64,000 nt of DNA from an uncultured Planctomycetaceae bacterium (GCA_964605185.1 CAZSBF010000005.1:3625-67624); one strand, 5' to 3'. Shown: positions 35,575 through 46,157, counted from the stretch's first letter. Notes: generated by a model from the letters alone, not told the origin. Numbers and translations are program-made.

Positions 35575-36108
35575 TCATGCATCCTCGCGCCCGACGACCT
35601 GATAATCCTCGCGTTCGCCGCGGCCACGTAGCGGATAATCTTTCCGAAGCGGGTTGGCCTCGAATGTATCCCACGTCAGAATGCGTCGCAGATCCGGGTG
35701 CCCCTCGAAAGAGACACCGAACATGTCGAAGACCTCGCGCTCCATCCACTCCGCGCCCTTCCAGATCGACGTGACCGACGGCACCGTTGGCTTCGGGTCG
35801 TTCACAAAGCACTTGATCCAGATGCGATGATTGTGCGTCAACGACAGCAGCGAATAGATCACCCCGAACCGATCGGCCGCCTTTGGGAAATTCAAATAGT
35901 CGATGCAGGTCAGGTCGATCAGTTGCTCGAACTTCATCCGCGCATCGTCGCGAAGAAATGTCATCACATCGATTAGCCGATTCGCCGCGACGCGAATGAA
36001 ATACTGATCGCTCGGCTTCGCGCCGCCTTCCAGCAGTGGCTTCGCATCGAACGTGTCACTGGGAAAACGCGACCGCAACGCCGCGACAATCTCGTCATGG
36101 CTCGCCAT
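35575..36108 (-). CDS. nuoC: NADH-quinone oxidoreductase subunit C (30 kDa)
   Basis: LIDLTCIDYL, IYSLLS, WKGAEWMEREVFDMFGVSFEGHPDLRRIL and YPLRKDY-type blocks. Confidence 0.9.
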   Translation of the reverse strand: MASHDEIVAALRSRFPSDTFDAKPLLEGGAKPSDQYFIRVAANRLIDVMTFLRDDARMKFEQLIDLTCIDYLNFPKAADRFGVIYSLLSLTHNHRIWIKCFVNDPKPTVPSVTSIWKGAEWMEREVFDMFGVSFEGHPDLRRILTWDTFEANPLRKDYPLRGRGEREDYQVVGREDA

Positions 36109-36110
36109 CG

Positions 36111-36704
36111 CTATCGACCTCCCGCTGTTTCAGGCACACCCAACGGCACCGTCGGCTGCGCCACCATTCGCAATCCCTTGCCGCGCTGCGTACTCGGTAT
36201 CACGCCGTCCTTCTCCACAATCCGCTGGATCGCCATGACGCCCTCGATCAGCGTCTCCGGACGCGGCGGGCACCCCGGCACATACACATCCACCGGCAGG
36301 AACTGATCGACCCCTTGCACCACGGCATAGGTGTCAAAAACACCACCCGTCGATGCACAGGCCCCCATGGAGATCACCCACTTCGGCTCTGTCATCTGCA
36401 GATAGATGCGCTGAAGCACCGGCATGTTCTTAATCGCCACGCGCCCGGCACATATTAGTAAGTCGCACTGCCGCGGCGAAAACCGCATGACCTCCGCCCC
36501 GAACCGCGCGATGTCATACCGGCTGGCCCCCGTTGCCATCAGCTCGATGCCGCAGCAAGCCGTCGCAAACGGCATCGGCCACAAGCTGTTTTTCCGCGCC
36601 CAATTAATCCCATGCTCGCGGATCAGGCTCACCACTTGGTCAAGCCGCGTCGTCAGGACGTCGTCGCCACCCATCGTGTGCGGATTGGTTTGGTACTTTT
36701 CCAT
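36111..36704 (-). CDS. nuoB: NADH-quinone oxidoreductase subunit B
   Basis: [41 protein letters not shown] and VPGCPPRPE carry the four N2-cluster cysteines. Confidence 0.95.
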   Translation of the reverse strand: MEKYQTNPHTMGGDDVLTTRLDQVVSLIREHGINWARKNSLWPMPFATACCGIELMATGASRYDIARFGAEVMRFSPRQCDLLICAGRVAIKNMPVLQRIYLQMTEPKWVISMGACASTGGVFDTYAVVQGVDQFLPVDVYVPGCPPRPETLIEGVMAIQRIVEKDGVIPSTQRGKGLRMVAQPTVPLGVPETAGGR

Positions 36705-36786
36705 GAACGACCTGCGCCTCGGTGAAGTACTCGTATGCGAGAGATATCTTAGCGCACACAGGGAGGCCCGTCGAGAAGATGTCGCA

Positions 36787-37425
36787 TCAGACCCCCGACC
36801 CCACCTGAAACGACAATTGCTCCAACTGCACCGCCAGATCCACCGACGAAATCGCCACCTTCGCGTCCACGTCGATACTCACCGGCGCGAAATTGAGCAA
36901 TCCCCGAATCCCCGACTGCACCAGCGTATCCACGAGCGGCTGAGCCGCCTCGCCAGGCACTGCGAGGATCGCCAGCCGAATGTCCTTTTCCTTCACGGTT
37001 GCCGGTATCTCGTCCACCGACTGAATCCGAATCTCCGGTTGCGTGGGGATCGGCCTTCCCACCTTCGACGAGTCCGCGTCAAACACCGCAACGAGCTTGA
37101 ATCCCTTTTTCGCGAATCCTCGATAGGCCGAAAGGGCCATGCCCAGATTTCCCGCCCCGACAAGCAGCACGTTCCACGTTCGATCGGTCCCGAGGATGTG
37201 CCGAATCTTGGTGATCAACTCACCAACGTCATACCCGATGCCCCGCTGGCCGAACTGGCCGAAATAAGCGAGGTCTTTGCGAATCTGTGTCGCCGTGAAC
37301 TTCAGAGCGGCCGCCAGTTTCCGGGATGCCACCGTGCGATTATCCGCCCGCCAGAGATTCTCCAGTTCGCGCAGGTAAAGGCTCAGGCGGCGTACGGTCG
37401 GTTCGGGGATGTTGCCTGTTTTCAT
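36787..37425 (-). CDS. rex: redox-sensing transcriptional repressor Rex
   Basis: [17 protein letters not shown] winged-helix block, GQRGIGYDV, and the Rossmann [13 protein letters not shown]. Start chosen at MKTGN (37425). The longer ORF runs to 37470. Confidence 0.9.
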   Translation of the reverse strand: MKTGNIPEPTVRRLSLYLRELENLWRADNRTVASRKLAAALKFTATQIRKDLAYFGQFGQRGIGYDVGELITKIRHILGTDRTWNVLLVGAGNLGMALSAYRGFAKKGFKLVAVFDADSSKVGRPIPTQPEIRIQSVDEIPATVKEKDIRLAILAVPGEAAQPLVDTLVQSGIRGLLNFAPVSIDVDAKVAISSVDLAVQLEQLSFQVGSGV

Positions 37426-37739
37426 CGCTCTATCCCGTCGCGCCTGCCCCAAAGATTCCATCGCCCGCAAACGACGTACCCAACCGTTCGATAATACCTT
37501 GCTCTCCGCAGCCTCTCAATGCTGAATGGGCATGACTTTGCTCCCAAGTCCTTGCCATTCCAGATTTTCCGCCGCCCGGACTTGACACTCCGAGCCGTCG
37601 GCGGATACGTTTGACAACTGGAAACCAACCGAATCGGCGTCTCCCGCCAGCCTGCGGCCGACGATGCCGCTGTTCGCCGCTCATGCGACACTCCCGGGGG
37701 AACGTGACGAGCGGCCTGAAAAGCCTTAGAACGATTGTT

Positions 37740-38768
37740 ATGAACAAGACGTGGCAGCGACTGCCGAGTGTCCTCATCGTCATCATGCTGGCAATCCCGG
37801 CCGCCTCTCGCGCCCAGGATTCCGTCACCGAAACACTTCGCAAAGCCACGCTCACCCCCCAGGATCGCGGCACCCTCGAAGCCGAAGTCAGCCAGCGCGT
37901 AAAGCGAACCTTCGGCGGTTCCACGCCGGTCAACCTGAATGAAGCACGCGACCGCCTCGCCAAACCCGCAAAAGAGAAAGACGTCTCCAAAGAAGGGCTA
38001 AACGTCTACAGCGAAATCGTCGCGGCGGAATTGGAAGGCCCCGCGGCGTCTGAAGACCTCAACACGTCTCTCACCGCCGTGCTCATTCTCGAAGACCTCG
38101 AAAGTGCTCCGACGGTCGGCGCACTGATCGCAGCGACAAAAAACAAACACCCGGCCGTTCGGTACGCGGCAACCCGTGGAATCGCCAATTTGCGATCCAA
38201 GATCAAAGACGACGAGTCCACCTGCCGAAAAGCCCTTGCCGCATTGGGCGAAGCAGGCGCGAAGGAAAAGGATGAACACGTCCGTCGCCGAATCTACCAG
38301 GCATTGAACGTCAAAGAGGCAGCGGCCGATTTCAAACACATGGAGCCCGTCGCCGCCGCACTGAACGCCGTGATGTCGGCCCGAATCACCGAACTTGCCG
38401 GGGGCAGTCACGACGAATACCGCGACGAAGAAGCGGTTGCCGCCGCGGCAGGATGTTACGCAGGCTGTTCTGCCCGACAGCAAGCCGCCCTCGTGGGCAA
38501 TCTCTACAGCCTTCTGGGTCACACCGTTGACCACTATTTCGACGCTGGAACCGCGCCGGAGGCCCTGCCGACCATCGCGCGGCTTGCCCAACGATACGAA
38601 AAAGGCCTCACCGATATGATGAAGGCTGCGAAGGTTTCCGCACCGTCCAAACAAGTCAGCGACCTGCTTAGGGCAGGGGCCGATCGCCAGAAGGCCGAAA
38701 AGGATGCCCGCGCCGCCCTCGACGATCTTCACAAGACCCTTCGTGGTGAACCATGGCGCCTGCCCTAG
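37740..38768 (+). CDS. secreted alpha-helical (HEAT-like) protein, unknown function
   Basis: Signal peptide MNKTWQRLPSVLIVIMLAIPAASRAQ. All-helical with HEAT-like segments (HPAVRYAATRGIANL, DEHVRRRIYQAL). Confidence 0.6.
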   Translation: MNKTWQRLPSVLIVIMLAIPAASRAQDSVTETLRKATLTPQDRGTLEAEVSQRVKRTFGGSTPVNLNEARDRLAKPAKEKDVSKEGLNVYSEIVAAELEGPAASEDLNTSLTAVLILEDLESAPTVGALIAATKNKHPAVRYAATRGIANLRSKIKDDESTCRKALAALGEAGAKEKDEHVRRRIYQALNVKEAAADFKHMEPVAAALNAVMSARITELAGGSHDEYRDEEAVAAAAGCYAGCSARQQAALVGNLYSLLGHTVDHYFDAGTAPEALPTIARLAQRYEKGLTDMMKAAKVSAPSKQVSDLLRAGADRQKAEKDARAALDDLHKTLRGEPWRLP

Positions 38769-38991
38769 TTCGCCCGCGAAATCCGCTGAAAACTCAGAAT
38801 TTTGTCACCGCTACCCAAACTCCTCTGGGTCGGTTCCCGGCGTTAGCGATCAGGCAGATTTACGTTATCTTACCTAGACTGGCGAGCCGCCCGACACGGA
38901 CGCCGGAGCGCCGTCCTCGCATGTTCCTTCTACGGAACCGGCGCAAGTGCGAGCGAAATCCATTGCCAATGCTCGGTCGAACGAGAACGAG

Positions 38992-40812
38992 ATGATCCAA
39001 CTCCACCGCCCTGTCTGCGTGCGCCCACGATGGACGGACGTCCTATGCGTTATTCTCTTCGCCGCCTGCGCGGGTCGACTCTTCGCTGCCGATCCGATCA
39101 AATACATTCCTCCTGACGCCTGTGCGGTCGTAATCTTTCCAAATATTGAAAAGACACTTGAGCATTTCACGGACTTCGCCAAGCGCATCAATCCGGACTC
39201 CGAAGGGATGGACATGGAGGATTTCGAAGACGCACTCGGCCTTGAGTGCGGAATCCTCGACCCTGAGAAGCCCGTCGTCGTGATCTTCCCGCGCCCCATG
39301 TTCGATATTCAGTCCGCCATTATTGCCTTCGTCCCGCGCGACGAGGACACGATTGAGGAATTGCGTGGCGGTCGAGAGGGCATCGCCGTTCCGTTCGATG
39401 GCTTGGAAGGGGAGGGCTTTGCCGTTGCCCGCGATGGCTGCTGCTTTGCTGCCCACACCCGGAAGGCCCTCCGCGTCATCAAGGCCGTCGAAAAAAAATC
39501 CGCCTTCATGGATTCGCTTGATGACCGCCAGCGACAGATGCTCAAGGATGGCGAGATCCTCGTTCACATCCCGCTCGCTCGCTGGCGCGACGAGAAAATC
39601 GCCCCGGCGTTCTCCCTCCTCACTGGCCTCCTTCGCCTCAGCATCGGCTCGACCGAAATGCCCACCGACGCCGAGACCACCTCGGCCATCATGGATTATT
39701 TCATCGAAGCCGCTCGTAGCCTGCTCGATGAAATGCAATCAGTTTCAGTGGCCGTGTTTTTGAACGGGGGCGAAGCGCGTCTCGTCCACCATCAACGGTT
39801 TGACCCAGCCGGCAAAGCCGCCGGATATTTCCGTCAGGCCGCCTATTCCGAAGGCAATCACTTCGCGGTGATCCCCGATCAACCGTTCCTCTTCGCCATG
39901 GCCTGTTGCCAGAAAAATCAGACCGGCGAATCGCTCAGCACCCGCATCTTTCGCGGCCTGTGCAACGTGCCCGCCATTGCCGCCAAGATTGACGAACCAA
40001 TTCGAAAGAAGCTCCTTGAAACGCTCAAGGCTGCCGACGCCGATACGCAAGGTTCCTTCACGGTCCTCGGTCTCAATCCCGAGAAGGGTTGCCCCATGAC
40101 CATGTTCGGTGGTTATGCCATGGCCAACCCCGAAAAAGGCATCGAGCACTTCAAATACATCCACGAAAACGCCGGGCCCGCCCTCGCCGCCGTCATGCCC
40201 GGCGCGGGCGCACCGGGAACCTTCAAATCCGTCAATCGCGGCGGAGTCAAATGCCAGGAGATCATGCTCAAGGATGAACCGCTCCGCAGCGAGTTCCGCG
40301 AACAACTGGAATTCGTCTACGGCAAGAATGCAGCATTCCAATTGGCCACCTTTGACAAGACCTACGTCACCTACAGCATGGCCGAAGCGCCGGCCGGCAT
40401 CGGCGACTTCCAAAAGGCCCGTCAGACCGGCCGTACCCTTGACAAGAACCCACAGGTTCGCCGTATCCGCTCGATGCTCCCGGCCAAGGCCCATACCGTA
40501 GTCATTGCAAATCTTGGCGCATTGCTTTCCTTTTCAATGAGCGTCACGCCGATGCCGTCCCACGCATTGCAGCAGGCACACACCTCAACCAGCCCGCTTG
40601 TCCCGGGTTCCATGTGCGACGGCCCCATGGTCGGCTGGTCCCTCGACTACTTCCCCAATGCCTGCACTGGCACCTTCGCAGTCGAAGCCGCCGACGTTGC
40701 AAAACTCATCAAACTCGCCAAATCAATGCCCAAACAGCAATCAGAAACGCGGGTGCGGGTCGTCACGCCTCCCAAAAAACCAAAAATGCCCGCGCCCCCC
40801 GGCGACGAATGA
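38992..40812 (+). CDS. secreted/lipoprotein of unknown function (606 aa), paralogue of the next gene
   Basis: Leader with LFAAC / LFA-AD. Mature N-terminus IKYIPPDACAVVIF aligns with LQLVPDDTWGFVVA of 40904..42805. Pro/Lys tail PPKKPKMPAPPGDE. Confidence 0.6.
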   Translation: MIQLHRPVCVRPRWTDVLCVILFAACAGRLFAADPIKYIPPDACAVVIFPNIEKTLEHFTDFAKRINPDSEGMDMEDFEDALGLECGILDPEKPVVVIFPRPMFDIQSAIIAFVPRDEDTIEELRGGREGIAVPFDGLEGEGFAVARDGCCFAAHTRKALRVIKAVEKKSAFMDSLDDRQRQMLKDGEILVHIPLARWRDEKIAPAFSLLTGLLRLSIGSTEMPTDAETTSAIMDYFIEAARSLLDEMQSVSVAVFLNGGEARLVHHQRFDPAGKAAGYFRQAAYSEGNHFAVIPDQPFLFAMACCQKNQTGESLSTRIFRGLCNVPAIAAKIDEPIRKKLLETLKAADADTQGSFTVLGLNPEKGCPMTMFGGYAMANPEKGIEHFKYIHENAGPALAAVMPGAGAPGTFKSVNRGGVKCQEIMLKDEPLRSEFREQLEFVYGKNAAFQLATFDKTYVTYSMAEAPAGIGDFQKARQTGRTLDKNPQVRRIRSMLPAKAHTVVIANLGALLSFSMSVTPMPSHALQQAHTSTSPLVPGSMCDGPMVGWSLDYFPNACTGTFAVEAADVAKLIKLAKSMPKQQSETRVRVVTPPKKPKMPAPPGDE

Positions 40813-40903
40813 CTGAAAAAGACGCGACCGGGTTTGATGGTTACAATCCCGAGTTCCGGTCGCCCGTCGGCCGAATCGATTAATCAGACAAACAGGAGAT
40901 AAC

Positions 40904-42805
40904 ATGTTCTCAACCCGGAAGAAACAATCGTACATTCTCGCTGCTGCAATGCTGGCCGCGATTCCGCTCCAGATCGCCCGAGCCGGCGACCTCAAGGAAA
41001 CCCTCCAGCTCGTCCCCGACGACACCTGGGGTTTCGTCGTCGCAAAGTCCCTCAGCAATGTCGACGCCAAGGCCGGCCAGTTGAAGGAGATGTTCAATCT
41101 CCCGTTTGAAGGCGCCCTCAGCGACATGGCCCTCGGCATGTTGCAGTTGGGCGATTCGATCGACAAAAACAGCCCCGTCTGCGCCATCATGCTCGACCCG
41201 AACAAGTATGGCGGTCAGGAGAAATCGACGGCCATTCTCGTTCCCACCAAGGACCCGAAGGCACTGCTTGAAAAGCTGTCCGCCGAGGAAGCCACTGACG
41301 GCATCAGCAAGTGCACCGTCATGGGCGAGCCCGCCTTTGCCGCTGTGAAGGGCAAGACCGTCATCCTCAGCCCCAGCGAAGAATGCGCCGTCAAGATTCT
41401 CAAAACCAAGAAGTCGGTCGGTGACAGCATCGTCGATTCGCGCATGGGCGTGATGAGCAATTCCGATGTCTATATCAGCATCTCGCTCCGCTCCATCCTC
41501 GCCGCCTACAAAGAAATGATCATGCCGGTGATGCAGATGATGGCCGGCTCATCCGGTATCGGTGCGGCAGACATCGAAAAGTATTTCAAGGTGGCCGACG
41601 AGATTCACGCTTTTGAAATCTCGGTCACTTTGGAGAAGTCGGGGTTTTCACTGATTTTCATGGCCGTTCCGCATGAAGGCAGCGATCTCCAAGGCCTGTT
41701 CGCCGACCAGAAGAACTCCAGTGAATCCGTCCTTTCGCTCCTGCCGAAGGAGAAGTTCATGTTCGCCTTCGGGGGTACGGCGTCGCAAAGCGAACACTCG
41801 GGAAAATTCGAAAGCGAGCATCCGATTTCCCCCTCGCTCAAGGCCATGACCCAGGGAGCAGAACTGGATCAGGACGCCCTGAACACGCTCGATGCGGAAG
41901 TCGTCAAGTTGCAGAAATCCATTAAGCGTTACGCCCTGAGTGCCAGCGCACTTCCAAAGGGCGATTCCATGATCGGCACGGCCCTGGTGGCTGAAGTCGC
42001 TGATTCCAAGGAATTCATTAGCGGTGTGCGCAAGTTCTACAAAGCCTTCGTATCGGTCTCAGAGGACGAGGACTTCGGCGCGATCAAGAAGTGCATCGTT
42101 CACGCTGCCGACGCCGAGACGGTCGCCGGCAAGAAGCTGGACACCATAAAGGTGGACTTCGCCTCGATGCCCGATTCCGATCCCGATGACATAAAGAAGT
42201 TGGAAAAGGTCATCGGCAAGGAATTCATCATTCGTTTCGGCGCGGTGGATGACAAGCACGTCGCAGTCTCATTCGGTGGCGGCACCAAGCGCTACGAGAC
42301 GATCTGCAACGCTGTGAAATCGGGCGAAAAGCTCGGCTCGGATGCCGGTATTGCTGACGCTTCGGCTCATTTGCCCAGCCCGCGCTCCGGCGAAATGTTT
42401 GCTGCCGTGGACACGATCATGACCGTCGTCAGCGAGGTCGCCAAGGCCGCCGGCGAGGAGCCGTTCCCCTTCGAAATCCCTTCGATCAACGCCCCAATTG
42501 CCGGATCCATCGCGGTTCAGGATAAGATTTTTCGGATAGACATGATGGTCCCCATGAAGCTCATCAAGGCCGTCAAGGAAGCCTACGACAAGAGCGCGGC
42601 CGCCTCCGCCGATGAGGATTTCGACGAAGACGACGCCGACGCAGCCAAGGACAAGCCCGCCAAGGCTAAGGGCAAGGCTGCCAAGGACAAGGAAGACTCC
42701 GCCGACTCTGACGACGAAGAGGAAGCCCCCAAGGCTAAGGCCGACTCGAAGGCCAAGCCCAAGAAGCCGGAAAAGAAGAGCGACGACGAAGAGTCCGATG
42801 AGTAA
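40904..42805 (+). CDS. secreted protein of unknown function (633 aa) with acidic/Lys-rich C-terminal tail
   Basis: AGGAG RBS. Signal peptide ILAAAMLAAIPLQIARA. About 75-aa low-complexity tail (DEDFDEDDADAAKDKPAKAKGKAAKDKEDSADSDDEEEAPKAKADSKAKPKKPEKKSDDEESDE). A strong terminator follows. Confidence 0.7.
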   Translation: MFSTRKKQSYILAAAMLAAIPLQIARAGDLKETLQLVPDDTWGFVVAKSLSNVDAKAGQLKEMFNLPFEGALSDMALGMLQLGDSIDKNSPVCAIMLDPNKYGGQEKSTAILVPTKDPKALLEKLSAEEATDGISKCTVMGEPAFAAVKGKTVILSPSEECAVKILKTKKSVGDSIVDSRMGVMSNSDVYISISLRSILAAYKEMIMPVMQMMAGSSGIGAADIEKYFKVADEIHAFEISVTLEKSGFSLIFMAVPHEGSDLQGLFADQKNSSESVLSLLPKEKFMFAFGGTASQSEHSGKFESEHPISPSLKAMTQGAELDQDALNTLDAEVVKLQKSIKRYALSASALPKGDSMIGTALVAEVADSKEFISGVRKFYKAFVSVSEDEDFGAIKKCIVHAADAETVAGKKLDTIKVDFASMPDSDPDDIKKLEKVIGKEFIIRFGAVDDKHVAVSFGGGTKRYETICNAVKSGEKLGSDAGIADASAHLPSPRSGEMFAAVDTIMTVVSEVAKAAGEEPFPFEIPSINAPIAGSIAVQDKIFRIDMMVPMKLIKAVKEAYDKSAAASADEDFDEDDADAAKDKPAKAKGKAAKDKEDSADSDDEEEAPKAKADSKAKPKKPEKKSDDEESDE

Positions 42806-42840
42806 TTCTCCGACTCCACGACGATTGACTTTCTGAATCT

Positions 42841-42873
42841 CGGCCCGCGGACTATAGTTCGCGGGCCGTTTTT
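42841..42873 (+). terminator. rho-independent terminator
   Basis: Perfect 9-bp stem CGGCCCGCG / CGCGGGCCG, 10-nt loop, then TTTTT, 36 nt after the stop at 42805. Confidence 0.7.
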
Positions 42874-42902
42874 GTTGGCACAACTCGACCGGGAAGACTC
42901 GC

Positions 42903-43487
42903 GTGGCAAAGCTATACACCAAGACCGGCGACGACGGAACCACCAGCCTCTTCGACGGTTCGCGCGTCGCCAAGGATCACATTCGCGTCACGGCTTACGG
43001 CGAAGTGGATGAACTGAGCGCGACGCTCGGCCTCGCCGCGTCGGCCCTCGGCACGCTCCCCACGCGTCCGGAATGGACCATCCTGCGGGAGCGAATCGCA
43101 ACCATTCAGAGCGAATTGTTCACCCTCGGCGCCGACCTCGCCACGCCGCCCACCGCCAACGAGGCAAAACAAAAACGCGTGCCGCACATCGGCCCCACCG
43201 AAATCGCCCGCCTCGAATCATGGATCGACGACGCAGTCGCCCCCGTCACACCTCTCACGACCTTCGTCCTCCCCGGCGGCAGTCTCGCGGCCTCGCACTT
43301 TCACATGGCCCGTACCGTGTGCCGCCGAGCCGAGCGGGCTGTCATCTCCCTGTCGCACGAAGCGGCGATCAATCCAAACATCGTCATCCATCTCAATCGC
43401 GTAAGCGACCTGTGCTTCGCGTGGGCCAGATTTGCAAATCATGTGGAAGGCGTGGTCGATGTGCCGTGGGTGAATCCGGCGATATAA
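42903..43487 (+). CDS. pduO: ATP:cob(I)alamin adenosyltransferase (PduO type)
   Basis: GTG start. KLYTKTGDDGTTSLFDGSRVAKDHIRVTAYGEVDELSATLG is the canonical PduO-type N-terminus. FVLPGGS block. Confidence 0.9.
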   Translation: MAKLYTKTGDDGTTSLFDGSRVAKDHIRVTAYGEVDELSATLGLAASALGTLPTRPEWTILRERIATIQSELFTLGADLATPPTANEAKQKRVPHIGPTEIARLESWIDDAVAPVTPLTTFVLPGGSLAASHFHMARTVCRRAERAVISLSHEAAINPNIVIHLNRVSDLCFAWARFANHVEGVVDVPWVNPAI

Positions 43488-43490
43488 GCG

Positions 43491-45233
43491 CTACCGCCCC
43501 TTTGCCTTCGCCCACGAATCCTTCAGCGACACCGCCCGATTGAAAACCAACGCCCCCGCCTTCGATTCCGGATCAACGCAGAAATACCCATGCCGCTCGA
43601 ACTGCACCCGGTCCGGCGTCAGCGTCCCATGCGCATCCCGCCGCGCCTCGCACGCCGCCAGCGACGGCTCCAACTTGCAACACTTCAATGTCACCAGCGA
43701 TTCAGGGTTCAGGTTGGTCAGGTAACTCACGCCCTCCGGTACATCTTCGGGCTCGGTCGTCTTGAACAAATGGTCATACAGCCGAACCTCGGCATCGACG
43801 GCGTGCGCCGCACTGACCCAATGAATCGTCCCCTTCACCTTGCGCCCATCCGGCGAATCCCCGCCGCGCGTGGCCGGGTCATACGTGCAATGTACTTCCG
43901 TTACCTCACCGGTCGCCGGGTCCTTCACGCAGCCCGTGCATTTCACAAAAAACGCATACCGCAGCCGCACCTCGTTGCCGGGGAACAACCGGAAATATCC
44001 CTTCGGCGGCGTCTCCGCGAAATCCTCGCGCTCGATGTACAGGACCTTCGAGAACGCCACCTTCCGCGTGCCCGCCGCCGCGTCCTCGGGGTTATTCACG
44101 GCGTCCAGTTCCTCCGCCGCGCCGTCGGGGAAGTTCTCAATCACCAGTTTCAGCGGCCGCAACACCGCCAATCGCCGCGGCGCGATCTTGTTCAGATGAT
44201 CGCGCAGCGCATTCTCGAGCCGCACAACCTCGATGATGCCGTTGAATCGAGCCACGCCGATGTCAGCGCAAAACGCCCGAACCGACTCCGGCGTGTAGCC
44301 GCGCCGGCGCAGACCGCTCACCGTCGGCATCCGCGGATCGTCCCACCCGCGCACATGCCCGTCCTTTACCAGCTCCAGCAGCTTCCGCTTGCTCATCAGC
44401 GAGTGCGTCAGCGCCAGCCGCGCGAATTCGATCTGCTGCGGATGGTGGATCGGCGTCGCCTCGCCCTCGTTGATCGCATCGATGAACCAGTCATACAGCG
44501 GCCGATGGTTCTCAAATTCCAGCGTGCAGATGCTGTGCGTGATTCCCTCGATGCTGTCCTCCAGCCCGTGGGCCCAGTCGTACATCGGGTAGATGCACCA
44601 CGCCCCGCCCGTCCGATGATGCTCGGCATGCAAAATGCGATACATCACCGGATCGCGCAGGTTCACATTCGGGCTGGCCATGTCGATCTTGGCCTTCAGC
44701 ACACGAGAGCCATCGGGGAACTCGCCCTTGCGCATGCGATCAAACAGATCAAGATTCTCCGCAACGCCGCGATCGCGAAAGGGACTGTTCGTCCCCGGTC
44801 GCGTAAGCGAACCGCGGTGCTTGCTCGTCTCCTCCGGCGTCAGATCGCAGACATACGCCTTGCCCTTCTTAATGAGCAGGCAAGCCCAGTCATACATCTG
44901 TTTGAAATAATCCGACGCAAAAAGGAGCCGATCCTCCCAGTCACCGCCGAGCCAGCGCACATCCTCGACAATGCTGTCGACGTATTCCTGCTCTTCCTTG
45001 CACGGGTTCGTGTCGTCGAAGCGCAGGTTGAACTTCCCGCCGTAGTGCTTCGCCAGCCCGAAGTTCAGGCAGATGCTCTTGGCGTGCCCGATGTGCAGAT
45101 AGCCGTTCGGCTCGGGCGGAAACCGCGTATGCACCTTCGGCCGTCCATCGGGCCACGTGCCCCATTTGCGCGCAGCGTTGTCGGCCTCGATGATCTCGTG
45201 GATGAAGTGCGTGGGGGTCGGCGATTCAGTCAT
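43491..45233 (-). CDS. glnS: glutamine--tRNA ligase
   Basis: [24 protein letters not shown] (HIGH), LRFDDTNP and LMSKRKL (KMSKS-like). Start at MTESPTP (45233). Confidence 0.95.
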   Translation of the reverse strand: MTESPTPTHFIHEIIEADNAARKWGTWPDGRPKVHTRFPPEPNGYLHIGHAKSICLNFGLAKHYGGKFNLRFDDTNPCKEEQEYVDSIVEDVRWLGGDWEDRLLFASDYFKQMYDWACLLIKKGKAYVCDLTPEETSKHRGSLTRPGTNSPFRDRGVAENLDLFDRMRKGEFPDGSRVLKAKIDMASPNVNLRDPVMYRILHAEHHRTGGAWCIYPMYDWAHGLEDSIEGITHSICTLEFENHRPLYDWFIDAINEGEATPIHHPQQIEFARLALTHSLMSKRKLLELVKDGHVRGWDDPRMPTVSGLRRRGYTPESVRAFCADIGVARFNGIIEVVRLENALRDHLNKIAPRRLAVLRPLKLVIENFPDGAAEELDAVNNPEDAAAGTRKVAFSKVLYIEREDFAETPPKGYFRLFPGNEVRLRYAFFVKCTGCVKDPATGEVTEVHCTYDPATRGGDSPDGRKVKGTIHWVSAAHAVDAEVRLYDHLFKTTEPEDVPEGVSYLTNLNPESLVTLKCCKLEPSLAACEARRDAHGTLTPDRVQFERHGYFCVDPESKAGALVFNRAVSLKDSWAKAKGR

Positions 45234-45392
45234 AGTTTGATTGTCCAAGTCTAGGCAAGGGATTATTTGTGAAATCGACGGATCGGGCAATCTGATCGTC
45301 CTGACTCCGGATAATGCGTGAGAGTGCATTTGCAGGCAGTCATGCGACCTGCCGCTGCAAAGGCCTGGTTGATGCTCTGCCTCGTTCCTCGG

Positions 45393-46157
45393 TCATTGGG
45401 GCGGCAGATTCTGACAACGCGATGTCAAACGGGCGATTTCGAGCCGAACGAACTTCTCAACGTCGGAGGCTTGCCAGTCGTCGATATGCAAGAATATCTG
45501 ATTTTCGAATGCAGCGGCTTCACTTGATCCAGTCTTTGGCGGAGGCGACTCTTGAAGACGCCTATATATAAAACGCCAATACTCAAGTGCTTTTTGGGGG
45601 TTGTCTTTTGATAATATGATTACAGGGTTTCTTTTTTCGGGGACGGACTCACAATAACCCCAGTGGCAATACGTTTGTTCAAGACCACCCCAGTTCCTCG
45701 GATAGTGCCCAGAGATGAGAGGGAATACCGAAACACGATCCTCGGGTGCCACAAACGGAATTGGGACACAAATCACTGGTGTGTACCACATGGTCATAAG
45801 AGGGTTATGGAGCATCCCAGCGACGTAATAGGCCCAAACGAATTCATTCGGCCATAGCCAAACCGTGGCACACGTGAACTCTGTCGGAATCCGCGATCGG
45901 CCATTCATGATCAATGCGACGCTTGTAGATGATGTGGATTCAGATCGCGGAGTTGCCCTTTGCGAGCGGTTGACAAGCATGAATCCGCCGGCACGAATCA
46001 ACCTGTTCTCTTGATCTCGAAACTTAAGCTCGTCACCGCTTCCGACGCATCGCGCCGAAAACGCCGCCAACGGCACGGGCACCACGCAACCCGCACTACA
46101 TGTAAGGAAGACCGCACACGCGGCTGAAACTACTGGTAAACAAATCGCGTGCTTCAT
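45393..46157 (-). CDS. hypothetical lipoprotein (254 aa)
   Basis: Leader MKHAICLPVVSAACAVFLTCSAGC (lipobox-like). Trp/Tyr-rich body. Visibly lower GC than the flanking glnS and gltX. No recognisable family. Confidence 0.55.
   Translation of the reverse strand: MKHAICLPVVSAACAVFLTCSAGCVVPVPLAAFSARCVGSGDELKFRDQENRLIRAGGFMLVNRSQRATPRSESTSSTSVALIMNGRSRIPTEFTCATVWLWPNEFVWAYYVAGMLHNPLMTMWYTPVICVPIPFVAPEDRVSVFPLISGHYPRNWGGLEQTYCHWGYCESVPEKRNPVIILSKDNPQKALEYWRFIYRRLQESPPPKTGSSEAAAFENQIFLHIDDWQASDVEKFVRLEIARLTSRCQNLPPQ

Noticed and set aside
36705-36786. Possible Rex operator between rex and nuoB
   Set aside because: Only an imperfect AT-rich palindrome around AGATATCT is present. No TTGTGAA-n6-TTCACAA-like site is visible here or upstream of rex, so no operator is called.
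43590-45254. 554-aa ORF on the plus strand
   Set aside because: Antisense shadow of glnS. Arg-rich, with no recognisable domains.
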